Origin: an uncultured Candidatus Saccharibacteria bacterium
Lineage (GTDB): Bacteria; Patescibacteriota; Minisyncoccia; Phycocordibacterales; UBA9973
Assembly: GCA_964573395.1 (NCBI GenBank)
Contig: CAZNJI010000004.1
Coordinates: forward strand, 27,379-91,378
DNA: 64,000 nt
Reading direction: 5' to 3'
Below the pieces are notes generated by a model. It saw only the letters and a list, made by a program, of their open reading frames with translations, made no database searches and was not told where the DNA came from. This document shows positions 36,506 through 46,141 of this stretch, piece after piece. How positions within the stretch are numbered: position 1 is the stretch's first letter; every line of letters starts with the position of its first letter. Both the position numbers and the translations under genes were made by a program.

Positions 36506-38095
36506 ATGGTTAAGAAACTTTTTATCACACTGCTATTCTTGAGCGGGATACTTCTCCTCGTTCTCTGGAATGATTCTTTATCCGGCTCAAAAATCCAGTC
36601 GGAACTTTCTGCCATTAAATCCATCTTGGCGGTCGAGGAAAAATCGGAACCGATTACCGTGGCCTTCGTTGGCGACATCATGCTCGATCGCGGCGTGAAG
36701 AGTTCAGTAGTCAAAAATTTCGGCGGCGATTACGGAGCGTTGTTTGCGAATGTTCCCGAGCTGCGGTCGGCAGACATTGCTTTTGCGAATCTTGAAGGAC
36801 CGGTTTCCGATACCGGTAAAAACGTGGGAAGCAAGTATTCGTTCCGGATGGATCCGAACGTATTGCCCATGCTTCGCGAGGCGGGCTTCGACGTGTTCTC
36901 GTTTGCGAACAATCACGTCGGCGATTGGTCGAAAAGTGCGTTCGACCAGACGCTTGAACTTTTACGAGCACAGGGAATACTTTTTGCCGGAGCGGGAAAA
37001 AACTACCAGGAAGCAATTACTCCGCAGATTATAACCGTGCACGATACAAAAATAGGATTCTTAGCATTTTCGGATGTGGGTCCGAATTGGATGGCCGCAA
37101 CCAGCGAGCAGTCGGGGATTCTGCTTGCTACCGACAAACAGTTGCCTGAAATAATTTCTGCTGCAAAGGCCCAAACCGATTATCTGTTCGTTTCCTTCCA
37201 CTGGGGCGTTGAATACGATCCGGCAACTACTAGGCAAAAAACGCTGGCGCGCCAAACGATTGATGCCGGCGCAGACGGCGTTATCGGGCACCATCCGCAC
37301 GTTATTCAGGCAAACGAAACCTATAACGGCAAGCCGATTTTCTACAGCCTCGGCAATTTTATTTTTGATCAGTATTTTTCTCCTGAAACGATGCGCGGCA
37401 TGCTGGCGCTTGTTACCATTTCGCCAGAAGGAGAAATTTCGTCTGAACTATTTACTACCACATTGAGCAAGCAGTATCAGCCAGGGCCGTTTGCGCCATA
37501 TAAAACATCTGATGCGGTGCTGACGAAAAAGGCGGTACCGTTTAGTTGCCCGAAGCCAAAAACAACTTCTCCTAACTATTGGATGATTTCGCTTCCCAAC
37601 AAGGAAATTACACTGAAGGATCACACTCCGAATAATTTGGTGAAAGTTTCAAATAGCGTCACGGGAGAAAACAACATTTGCATTACGAAGGAAACCTATG
37701 CCGCGTATGAGGAGATGCGCAAAGACATGGAAGAAGACGGGGTGTCGGCACATGTGCTTTCGGGGTATCGCGATGCAAAAACACAGGCTGAAAATGTGGC
37801 TGAACGAAAAGAGCTTGCTGCGCCGGTGGGGCAATCAGAACACCACTTAGGAACGGCAATCGATTTCACCTCCGGGACGAAGCCGGTGAAATTTGAAGAA
37901 AGCCCTGAATATCCGTGGATGGTGGAAAATGCCTGGAAGTACGGATTCGTGCAGAGCTATCAGGCAGATAAGGAAGGGAAGACCGGCTTTAAGGGGGAAG
38001 CATGGCACTGGCGCTATGTGGGAGAAGACATTGCCCGAAAATTGCGGCGAAGCACCAAGCCGCTCAATGATTACCTTGAAGATCTAGCCGACTAA
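36506..38095 (+). CDS. Fusion protein: CapA/PGA-type metallophosphatase domain plus LAS/M15B (VanY-like) D-Ala-D-Ala carboxypeptidase domain
   Basis: N-terminal signal/TM. CapA-like motifs (VAFVGDIM, NLEGPV, FANNH, GHHPH). C-terminal M15 motifs (SGYRDAKTQ, EHHLGTAIDF, WHWRYVG). Confidence 0.7.
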   Translation: MVKKLFITLLFLSGILLLVLWNDSLSGSKIQSELSAIKSILAVEEKSEPITVAFVGDIMLDRGVKSSVVKNFGGDYGALFANVPELRSADIAFANLEGPVSDTGKNVGSKYSFRMDPNVLPMLREAGFDVFSFANNHVGDWSKSAFDQTLELLRAQGILFAGAGKNYQEAITPQIITVHDTKIGFLAFSDVGPNWMAATSEQSGILLATDKQLPEIISAAKAQTDYLFVSFHWGVEYDPATTRQKTLARQTIDAGADGVIGHHPHVIQANETYNGKPIFYSLGNFIFDQYFSPETMRGMLALVTISPEGEISSELFTTTLSKQYQPGPFAPYKTSDAVLTKKAVPFSCPKPKTTSPNYWMISLPNKEITLKDHTPNNLVKVSNSVTGENNICITKETYAAYEEMRKDMEEDGVSAHVLSGYRDAKTQAENVAERKELAAPVGQSEHHLGTAIDFTSGTKPVKFEESPEYPWMVENAWKYGFVQSYQADKEGKTGFKGEAWHWRYVGEDIARKLRRSTKPLNDYLEDLAD

Positions 38096-38099
38096 TTTT

Positions 38100-38576
38100 T
38101 TACGAAGCGGTTGTTTTGTCTTCTCCTCGCTCGGAAAGCTCGCCTTCAGCAAGTTCGAGCAGTTCATAATGCCAGTTGATTCCTTCGTGGGCAAAAGTAA
38201 GGAGCGTTTCATTATTCAGCCCCTCGGCAACTCCCCGGATGACTGCCCAGTGCACGATTGCCGCTCCTTCGAAAAATCCGCTCCACTCGAAGAGTTCGGT
38301 GGTGTTGTCCCACTCTTCTCCAATATAGAGATCGCGCATTTTTCCAAGCTTCTCTTTGGTTTTTTCTGCTTTCGCCAGTACTATTTCTTGCACTCCGGCA
38401 TCGGCTGCAATTTTTAAGATGCCGTCGCCATGTAGGCGGAACTTCTCTTCCATGTCGGCAAGCGGGGCTTCTCCCAGGGCAGAGGCGAGGGCATTCCTTC
38501 CTTTCTCGATCGTTTCAAGGCCTACTTTATTAAAGGCGAGGATTTCGCCAAGTTTTTTCGCAGCAAATTCATTCAT
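38100..38576 (-). CDS. Hypothetical protein, possibly a ferritin-like helical bundle (158 aa)
   Basis: Helical acidic protein; no confident motif. Confidence 0.35.
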   Translation of the reverse strand: MNEFAAKKLGEILAFNKVGLETIEKGRNALASALGEAPLADMEEKFRLHGDGILKIAADAGVQEIVLAKAEKTKEKLGKMRDLYIGEEWDNTTELFEWSGFFEGAAIVHWAVIRGVAEGLNNETLLTFAHEGINWHYELLELAEGELSERGEDKTTAS

Positions 38577-38644
38577 ATATAAAGTAAAACATGAAGTTGT
38601 GAATTATTCCAACCTTGGCTAGAATCAGTGTCAGTTCTTTCGAT

Positions 38645-38718
38645 GGGAGTATAGCTCAGTTGGTTAGAGCATCGAGCTTATACCTCGAGGGTCGATGGTT
38701 CGAGTCCATCTACTCCCA
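38645..38718 (+). tRNA. tRNA-Ile with anticodon UAU (reads AUA); CCA not encoded
   Basis: Cloverleaf folded by hand. Acceptor GGGAGTA/TACTCCC; D-stem GCTC/GAGC. Anticodon stem TCGAG/CTCGA with loop CTTATAC, so anticodon TAT. T-arm GATGG-TTCGAGT-CCATC. Discriminator A. Confidence 0.8.
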
Positions 38719-38829
38719 CCCGTTTGGATGCATTATCTGAAGGCTTACCTGACCTTTATCCACAAGCAGGATTCTGGCATCTGGTTTCTCTGTGGACTTT
38801 CGTATCTCTACTGCGATACAATAAAGGGC

Positions 38830-41800
38830 ATGAACAAATATATAGGGGCACTATTATCAGCAGGTTTTTTCTTGTTAATCATTGGTTTCGGCGTCGTTCC
38901 AGCTCACGCGCAAACAACTACGCCTTTTACTACTAATCTCTCGATCGGCTCAACCGGCCCCGAAGTACTCAAGCTGCAGCAGTGGCTCAATGCAAACGGC
39001 TTCGTTGTTGCCCAATCCGGGCCTGGTTCTCCTGGGAACGAAACAAGCAGCTACGGACGGGCAACTGCGAATGCGGTGCTGAAATTCCAAGAAGCGCACT
39101 TCTCGCAGATTCTTGCCCCGCTTGGCATCTCAAAAGGAACTGGCAGATTTGCCGCCGCAACCAGAAACTACCTGAATTCTCTTTTGGGAGGAATGGTGTT
39201 AGGGGAAACAACTGAATCGTTCCTGGCATCTGCCGGCACTCCTGCAGGAATTGAAGACAATACCTCTTCGTTGGAGATCGGCATGAAGTTCACTCCGAAT
39301 GTTTCTGGAAAGATTACCGGCGTTCGCTTCTATAAAGCGTCAAACAACTACGGCACGCACACCGGAACGCTCTGGGGTTCGAACGGCTCGCGCCTTGCTA
39401 CTGGTACCTTTACCAACGAAACGAGCTCTGGCTGGCAAACCCTTACCTTCGATGCTCCTGTTTCTGTTACTGCCGGCACAACGTACACTGCCTCGTACTT
39501 TGCGCCACAGGGAAGATACTCGTTTACCTGTAACTACTTCACTTCTCCTCGAACCGTGGGTAATATTTCTACTCCAACATCTGCCGGCGTTTACCGATAC
39601 GGATCATCCTCTGCATTTCCAAGCCAGACCTTTAATTACTGCAACTACTGGGTAGACGTGGTTTTTGTAACCGGATCAACTGATCCGGCTCCTACGCCAA
39701 CACCTACCCCGACACCAACACCTACTCCAACTCCGACACCTTCAGGAACGGTATCTCTGTGGTCAAATAGCACCACGCCAACGCTCGTTACCGACATTCA
39801 GGCATACCCGGTTGAACTCGGAATAAAATTCAGCACTACCGTTCCGGGAACGATTACCGGCATTAAATACTATAAAGGTCCGCAGAATACCGGCACTCAC
39901 ACCGGAACGCTCTGGAGCAGTAATGGATCAAAACTTGCAAGCGTCACGTTCACGAACGAAACCAGCTCGGGCTGGCAGACGGCGCTCTTCTCGAATCCGG
40001 TATCAATTCAGGCAAACACGACATATGTCGCTTCCTACTTTACCCCGGTCGGATTCTTCTCAGTTGACATGAATTATTTCACCGCTTCCCGATCGTTTAA
40101 TACCTACTTCAATACTTCGGTTGGAGCTGGCGTATTTAAATACGGATCCGCAGGTTTCCCAACCACGACCCTCTATTCTAATTACTGGGTAGACGTGCTC
40201 TTCGTGCCAAGCACTGGCGGAACAACTCCACCTCCACCACCTCCGCCAAGTAATGACACCAGTTCTCCAACCGTTTCATTGACTGCTCCGGGAAACCGAT
40301 CGACGGTAAGCAACACGGTTACCGTTTCAGCGAGCGCCTCTGACAATGTGGGGGTTGCCGGCGTACAGTTCCGAGTGGATGGCAACAATATTGGTGGAGA
40401 AGATACGGTTGCACCGTACGTAATAGATTGGGATACCCGAAGCATTGCGAATGGACGGCATTACCTAACCGCGGTTGCGCGCGATGCAGCAGGAAATACC
40501 CGAACCTCAAGCCAGCGCCGCGTTACGGTAAGTAACACCACCACGACTCCTCCATCTAGTGATACGACTGCACCAACCGTTTCAATTACCGCTCCGGCAA
40601 ATGGCGCAACAGTTTCTGGAACGACTACCGTTTCAGCGAGCGCCTCTGATAATATGGGCGTAGTAGGCGTACAGTTCAAGTTAAATGGTACGAACCTCGG
40701 CCTTGAAGACACCAGTTCGCCATACTCAACTTCATGGAACACGACCGGTGCGGCAAACGGAACTTATACCCTTACCGCAACTGCGCGCGATGCGGCAGGA
40801 AATACCAGAACGACAAGTGCTGTTTCGATTACCGTGAATAACGTTGTGACGCCGCCAGCTGACACAACCAATCCAAGCGTCTCATTTTCTGCTCCAGCAA
40901 GCGGTGCAACGGTAAGCCTTGCGACTACCGTCTCGGCAAACGCTTCCGACAATGTCGGTGTTGCGAGCGTCCAGTTCTTGGTTGATGGCGTTAGTATCGG
41001 AGAAGACACTACTGCGCCATATTCAGTTTCATGGATTACCACGACAACTACGAATGGCTCGCATACCCTTTCGGCAATTGCTCGCGATGCGGCAGGAAAC
41101 ACCGCAACCGCAACTCGATCGGTAACGGTTAACAATGCAACTGCTTCGAACGATACGACTCCGCCGGTCGTTACCATGCTAACGCCGATTAATAACAGCA
41201 CCGTATCGGGTACTGCTCTCGTTACCGCTTCGGCAACCGATAACATTGGCGTGGTAGGCGTACAGTTCAAACTAAACGGCCAGAATCTTGGTTCTGAAGA
41301 CACTACGCTTCCATATGAATACTCATGGAACACCAGCGACTATGCGAATGGTTCATACACGCTTACCGCAACCGCTCGCGATGCGGCAGGAAACACGAGA
41401 ACAGCGCCTGGATTCGGAATCAACGTATCGAACGGAACTGTACCGCCGCCAACCGGAGGGAGCAGTTTTACCTTTACCCAAATTCCTTACTCAGATCCTG
41501 ACATCATCGCGCCAGGACGCGGAGCGGAACAGTGGCACAATAGTACTGCGCGAATTCCGAATCCAACCGAGAGCCAATCACGAACAACCGAGAACTCGCT
41601 TGACGTGTACTACCGATTCGAATGGGCAAGAATTGAAGGGGCAACCCAAGGTTCATACAACTGGACGTACTTCGATAACTTAATACGAGGTGCAATTAAC
41701 AACGGACAGAAATTCTCGTTCGGTATCATGACTCACTACAGCGACGGCGGATATGTTTCATATGACGGTGGTACCTCTTCTTATCCACAGTATCTGCACA

Positions 41801-42924
41801 ACATGATGCAAGCTGAGAGTCCGAAAGATTGGCGCAGCTCTAACGGCGTGTGGGTGCCAAACTGGAATAGTCCAAGCTACCTCAACCGATTAAGAGCGCT
41901 GCACGAAGCACTCTATGCACACATCATGAATACCTCTTACACTCCTACGACAGGACCGCGTGCAGGACAAAGCATTCCATTCAAAGATGCTATCTATGCA
42001 ATCGATATCCGCGGATTCGGTAACTGGGGCGAATGGCACACCGGAGACATCGTTGACTGGAATGCACACCCAGCAGGAACCGCGCCAACTATCGCAACAC
42101 TCAAAACGATTATCGATCACCACACACAAGTATTTAAAGATTGGCCGCTTGTATTCATGGTTGCTGGCTATGATGGTGGTGCTACTGGCATTTCACTCTT
42201 CCCTCCATACCCAGAAGTTGCGTACTATGCGCTTACGGCAAAGAACGCCTGGGGTGACGTTGGATTCCGCCGCGACCAATGGGGTGCAACTGACAGCTAC
42301 CTCCATACGCTCATGGCAGGAAACAATAAAACATACAATGGATCAGTGCCATTTAAGACACTCATTCTCAACAAGTACAAGACGGCACCGATTACTGGCG
42401 AGCCGATGCCTGCAAGCCTCGACATGGCTGACCTTGAAAACCAGGTAAATACCTACCATGCTACCTCGTTTGGAAATGGAAACTACGGAGCATACCCAAG
42501 TTCACAAACAACACGAGACAGAATTCGAGCAGCGTTCAAACGGGCTGGATACCGACTGATCCTTGAAGGAGGAAGCGTTGGAAACATCAGTCGCGGTTCG
42601 GCATTTTCGATCAGCTTAGACTGGAAAAACGTTGGAATTGCGCCAACATACGAAAACTGGGTTCCGACGTACGAGCTGAAGAATTCAAGCGGTACCGTTG
42701 TTTGGTCAGGAACTTCAAGCTTTAATCCGAAACTCTTCCTTCCGGAAAGCGGCACGAAGAAGGTAACGGACAGCTTCGTTGTTCCAACATCAGTACCGGC
42801 AGGAACCTATACGCTTTCGTTGAAAGTGAAGGATCCAGCAAACTACCGCCAGCCGCTTCCGCTCGCTATCCAGGGAAGACAGTCTGATGGAAGCTACGTC
42901 TTGAAGAGCGTAACCGTGCAGTAG
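38830..42924 (+). CDS. Large secreted multi-domain surface protein (1364 aa): PG-binding domain, two paralogous beta domains, PT linker, five Ig-like repeats, C-terminal glycoside-hydrolase-like domain
   Basis: Signal peptide MNKYIGALLSAGFFLLIIGFGVVPAHA. PG_binding_1-like segment (GSTGPEVLKLQQWLNANGF...ATANAVLKFQ). Two homologous ~150-aa domains (GVRFYKASNNYGTHTGTLW / GIKYYKGPQNTGTHTGTLW). (PT)n linker. Five ~100-aa repeats (SASASDNVGV.GVQF..DG...G.EDT..PY...W.T....NG.H.L.A.ARDAAGNT). C-terminal region with NWGEWH. Confidence 0.7.
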   Translation: MNKYIGALLSAGFFLLIIGFGVVPAHAQTTTPFTTNLSIGSTGPEVLKLQQWLNANGFVVAQSGPGSPGNETSSYGRATANAVLKFQEAHFSQILAPLGISKGTGRFAAATRNYLNSLLGGMVLGETTESFLASAGTPAGIEDNTSSLEIGMKFTPNVSGKITGVRFYKASNNYGTHTGTLWGSNGSRLATGTFTNETSSGWQTLTFDAPVSVTAGTTYTASYFAPQGRYSFTCNYFTSPRTVGNISTPTSAGVYRYGSSSAFPSQTFNYCNYWVDVVFVTGSTDPAPTPTPTPTPTPTPTPTPSGTVSLWSNSTTPTLVTDIQAYPVELGIKFSTTVPGTITGIKYYKGPQNTGTHTGTLWSSNGSKLASVTFTNETSSGWQTALFSNPVSIQANTTYVASYFTPVGFFSVDMNYFTASRSFNTYFNTSVGAGVFKYGSAGFPTTTLYSNYWVDVLFVPSTGGTTPPPPPPPSNDTSSPTVSLTAPGNRSTVSNTVTVSASASDNVGVAGVQFRVDGNNIGGEDTVAPYVIDWDTRSIANGRHYLTAVARDAAGNTRTSSQRRVTVSNTTTTPPSSDTTAPTVSITAPANGATVSGTTTVSASASDNMGVVGVQFKLNGTNLGLEDTSSPYSTSWNTTGAANGTYTLTATARDAAGNTRTTSAVSITVNNVVTPPADTTNPSVSFSAPASGATVSLATTVSANASDNVGVASVQFLVDGVSIGEDTTAPYSVSWITTTTTNGSHTLSAIARDAAGNTATATRSVTVNNATASNDTTPPVVTMLTPINNSTVSGTALVTASATDNIGVVGVQFKLNGQNLGSEDTTLPYEYSWNTSDYANGSYTLTATARDAAGNTRTAPGFGINVSNGTVPPPTGGSSFTFTQIPYSDPDIIAPGRGAEQWHNSTARIPNPTESQSRTTENSLDVYYRFEWARIEGATQGSYNWTYFDNLIRGAINNGQKFSFGIMTHYSDGGYVSYDGGTSSYPQYLHNMMQAESPKDWRSSNGVWVPNWNSPSYLNRLRALHEALYAHIMNTSYTPTTGPRAGQSIPFKDAIYAIDIRGFGNWGEWHTGDIVDWNAHPAGTAPTIATLKTIIDHHTQVFKDWPLVFMVAGYDGGATGISLFPPYPEVAYYALTAKNAWGDVGFRRDQWGATDSYLHTLMAGNNKTYNGSVPFKTLILNKYKTAPITGEPMPASLDMADLENQVNTYHATSFGNGNYGAYPSSQTTRDRIRAAFKRAGYRLILEGGSVGNISRGSAFSISLDWKNVGIAPTYENWVPTYELKNSSGTVVWSGTSSFNPKLFLPESGTKKVTDSFVVPTSVPAGTYTLSLKVKDPANYRQPLPLAIQGRQSDGSYVLKSVTVQ
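40255..41440 (+). repeat. Five tandem ~300-bp coding repeats (Ig-like domain array) inside the 1364-aa gene
   Basis: Repeated protein motif seen five times; the DNA repeats are diverged. Confidence 0.7.
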
Positions 42925-42946
42925 AATCAATAAATTAAAATTCAGT

Positions 42947-42990
42947 TTTAAAACAATAAAACCATTCTTGCGAATGGTTTTATTGTTTTA
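42947..42990 (+). terminator. Rho-independent terminator (AAAACAATAAAACCATTC-TTGC-GAATGGTTTTATTGTTTT)
   Basis: Long perfect hairpin plus T-run. Confidence 0.75.
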
Positions 42991-43107
42991 AGTTTTCAAC
43001 ATCCGCATGGTTTTTCTCGTTCCATCGGCATCGTGCGCGTTATATACTGTAAAAGATTACCCCTGCAATGGTCATGCGCGTGGTAATCAAAGTGGATGTA
43101 GCTTACA

Positions 43108-43509
43108 TTGAAACATATGCATGTACAAAAATTAGCAAAAGTATTCGGGTGGATATTCATCCTGCTTGGCGTCCTTGGTTTCGTACCGGGAGTAACCAGT
43201 GCAGACGGTATGCTCCTCGGTATTTTTCAAGTGAGTCCGCTGCATAATGTGCTGTACCTCATTTCTGGCGTACTCGCATTATGGCTCGGTAGAAGCGGTG
43301 CAGGTGCAAAATCTTACTTTAAGATTTTCGGTATTGTCTACGCGCTCGTGACCGTACTTGGATTCCTAAGCGGAGAAGTACTTGGTCTCATCAGCGTGAA
43401 TTTGGCCGACAATGTCTTTCACCTGGTAATCGCCGTTGTTGCCCTTTGGACAGGGTTTTCAAGAAGCACTCCAAGAATGCCAAACCTGCAACAGGGGCAG
43501 CAGATGTAA
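43108..43509 (+). CDS. DUF4383-like small membrane protein
   Basis: Four TM helices; FGWIFILLGVLGFVPG and GVLALWLG motifs. Confidence 0.5.
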   Translation: MKHMHVQKLAKVFGWIFILLGVLGFVPGVTSADGMLLGIFQVSPLHNVLYLISGVLALWLGRSGAGAKSYFKIFGIVYALVTVLGFLSGEVLGLISVNLADNVFHLVIAVVALWTGFSRSTPRMPNLQQGQQM

Positions 43510-43559
43510 TTTTGGAAAGCTTATTTGAAAAACCCTCTGCTTACTAGCAGAGGGTTTTT

Positions 43560-45743
43560 CTATTCAAAATGCACCTGCGCGAGCATTCCTGCTTTTTCTT
43601 TCAAGAGGGGATAAGAATCTAAAGCAACATCTTCTGAAACTATTTTCTGTGCTTCGAGACGCGCCGCCTCAACGAGTTTGAGGTTTTTTATTGCATCCAT
43701 GCCGATATCGGTAATGCCCCACTGCTTGAGGCCGGTCAGCTCGCCGGTGCCGCGCAGTTCGAGATCATATTCGGCAAGTTCAAAGCCGTTCTTCGCTTGA
43801 GTAAATAACCGAAGCCGCTCGATGGTCTTTTCCGTTTTAATATCGGCAAAAAGGTAGCAATATGCCTGCAGGTTGCTCCGAGCGATGCGTCCGCGGAGCT
43901 GGTGCAGCTGCGCCAATCCGAACCGTTCAGCCCCTTCGATAATCATGAGCGTTGCATTCGGCACGTTCACGCCCACTTCGACGACGGAAGTTGCCACCAG
44001 AATGGCAATGGTTCCCTCATGAAACGCACGCATCACAGATTCTTTTTTCTGCTTGGTCATTTTGCTGTGCAGGATGCCAATGTCGTATTCGGGGAAGACA
44101 TGTTCCTTTAACCGCCGTGCTTCTTCAGTCACTGATTTCACCTGCAGCTTCACTGCTGTTTCAGGATCGGCTTCGGCTATGCGCGGACAGATAACGTACA
44201 ACTGCCGTCCACTCTGCAGTTCTTGCTGTATCCTTTCATAGATCTGGTTTCGGTTTTCCGGAATGACTATTTCGGTGGCAACCGGTTTCCGTCCAAGCGG
44301 CATTTCATCGAGGAGCGAAAGATCAAGATCACCATACATGGTAAGCGCGAGCGTTCGAGGAATCGGCGTTGCGGTCATCGATAACAGGTGCGGAAAATGC
44401 TCGTCTTTTTTTGCAATTGCTTTGCGTTGATTTAATCCAAAACGGTGCTGCTCGTCGATGATGGCAAGGGCAAGATGTTTGAACTTTAGCGATTTCTGAA
44501 TCAGCGCGTGCGTGCCGATGACCATCGGAATTTCTCCATTCGCTATCCATTTTGCAAGCTGTGCTCGCGAGATGGCGGTCCATGGTGTAGCTGCACTTGC
44601 TACCTTGCTCGGGAATTTGCGGCAACCACTGCCGGTGATGAGCGCAATTGAAATGCCGCTTCCTTTAAAATAGTTAATAAAGGATTCGAAATGCTGGGTC
44701 GCCAGGATTTCAGTGGGAGCCATGTAGGCAACTTGCAAATTGCCGTACGTTTGGCGTTTTCCTGCCACCGACGGCCGATTGGTAACCGTTACGTAGGCTG
44801 CCGCTGCGGCAACCGCCGTTTTTCCCGATCCAACATCGCCTTCAAGCAGCCTCGACATCGGGACGGTTTTTTCGAGGTCACTTCCAATTTGTAGAATGGC
44901 GCGCTCCTGCCCCTTGGTGAGCGGAAACGGGAAGCGATCCGTGAATTGCTTCAACGCTTTCTGATCGATTGTTATTGCATATGAAATATTTTTCTTTAAG
45001 AGTTCTCGTTCTTGTAGCCGCGCGAGCTGCAAGAAAAAAATTTCTTCGAACGAAAATCGTTTCCGGGCAACGAGGGCATCGGCGCGCATTTTCGGCTGGT
45101 GAATCCAAATGAAGGCACTCTTCAGCGTTGGCAGGCTGTACTGATTCAGTATGTTCTCCGGCAGGTATTCCGGAAATTCATTCAGCAGGCGGAGCGTTTT
45201 TTTAACGGTGTGCTCGATCCAGTTCGATGAAATCCCTTTTGTTTCTCCATAGACTGGCTGGAGCGCACCTTTTGCATCTTGGCCGAAGATGCTGTCGTGC
45301 GAATCGATCGGCAATATTTTTACCTTGTTGATGGAAGGGTTGGCAAGCGTTAAACCGCTGCGCTGCCGGCTCACTTTTCCGGAGAGCGATACGGTCGTTC
45401 CTGCGGGGTACATTTTTGCAATGTAGGGCTGATTGAACCACACGGCGCGCAGCGTGCCGCTCGGATCCTCAATGATTCCTTCGGTCATCGGGGTTTTCGT
45501 TTGGTGGGTTTTTTTCGTCTCCATCCTTTTCAGGATTCCGTATACGGTAACTTGCTCTTCGGCTGTAATGCTGCTTATTGATCTGAATTCTGCAGCGTCA
45601 GCGTACCGTGCAGGGAAGTAGCGGAGCAGATCTTCAAGGGTCTTCAGTTTCAGCCGAATGAGCCCGTCGCGGACGGGTTTTTCAAGCCGGAAGTGCTGCT
45701 CGATTGTATCGGAGAGATGTGCCATGCAAAAACACGCCGGCAA
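43560..45743 (-). CDS. recG: ATP-dependent DNA helicase RecG
   Basis: Wedge/OB N-terminal region; helicase motif I GDVGSGKTAVAAAAA; DEQH box IIDEQHRFG; motif VI QLHQLRGRIAR. Confidence 0.93.
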   Translation of the reverse strand: MPACFCMAHLSDTIEQHFRLEKPVRDGLIRLKLKTLEDLLRYFPARYADAAEFRSISSITAEEQVTVYGILKRMETKKTHQTKTPMTEGIIEDPSGTLRAVWFNQPYIAKMYPAGTTVSLSGKVSRQRSGLTLANPSINKVKILPIDSHDSIFGQDAKGALQPVYGETKGISSNWIEHTVKKTLRLLNEFPEYLPENILNQYSLPTLKSAFIWIHQPKMRADALVARKRFSFEEIFFLQLARLQERELLKKNISYAITIDQKALKQFTDRFPFPLTKGQERAILQIGSDLEKTVPMSRLLEGDVGSGKTAVAAAAAYVTVTNRPSVAGKRQTYGNLQVAYMAPTEILATQHFESFINYFKGSGISIALITGSGCRKFPSKVASAATPWTAISRAQLAKWIANGEIPMVIGTHALIQKSLKFKHLALAIIDEQHRFGLNQRKAIAKKDEHFPHLLSMTATPIPRTLALTMYGDLDLSLLDEMPLGRKPVATEIVIPENRNQIYERIQQELQSGRQLYVICPRIAEADPETAVKLQVKSVTEEARRLKEHVFPEYDIGILHSKMTKQKKESVMRAFHEGTIAILVATSVVEVGVNVPNATLMIIEGAERFGLAQLHQLRGRIARSNLQAYCYLFADIKTEKTIERLRLFTQAKNGFELAEYDLELRGTGELTGLKQWGITDIGMDAIKNLKLVEAARLEAQKIVSEDVALDSYPLLKEKAGMLAQVHFE

Positions 45744-45760
45744 TCGGCGTGTACAAACTG

Positions 45761-46126
45761 CTACCCGACGATTCCTTTTATCTTTTGCACAATCTCGTCG
45801 AGGGTGTAATTTGCTTTAATGATGAATTCAGTCGCTCCGGCAGCTTTTGCTTTTTCCATGTCTTTTTCGTCCGAAAGATTCGAAAAAATGATGACGGGAA
45901 CATTCTTCGTTTTTTCGTCCATTTTCAGTTTTTCAAGAATTTGGAATCCATCGAGGCCGGGAAGCACAAGGTCGAGCAGTACTATGTCAGGAGTAATTTC
46001 GCCTAAAATGCGATTGATGTCTTCATTGGAGGTAGCGGGGAATACTTCAAAACCTTCTCGGTTAAATTTCGAGCTCTCAAGGTTTTTGAGGAATGAGTCG
46101 TCTTCGACTATCAGGATCTTCTTCAT
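45761..46126 (-). CDS. Single-domain response regulator (REC only, CheY-like)
   Basis: ILIVEDD...DLVLPGLDGF...IIFSNLSDEKD...K motifs, with the phospho-acceptor Asp. Confidence 0.85.
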   Translation of the reverse strand: MKKILIVEDDSFLKNLESSKFNREGFEVFPATSNEDINRILGEITPDIVLLDLVLPGLDGFQILEKLKMDEKTKNVPVIIFSNLSDEKDMEKAKAAGATEFIIKANYTLDEIVQKIKGIVG

Positions 46127-46141
46127 ATCTGGCTAGTATAC

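Noticed and set aside
39660-39740. Short-period repeat CCAACACCTACCCCGACACCAACACCTACTCCAACTCCGACACC that might look CRISPR-like
   Set aside because: It is an in-frame (PT)n linker inside the 1364-aa gene. No repeat-spacer architecture; no CRISPR array found anywhere in the window.
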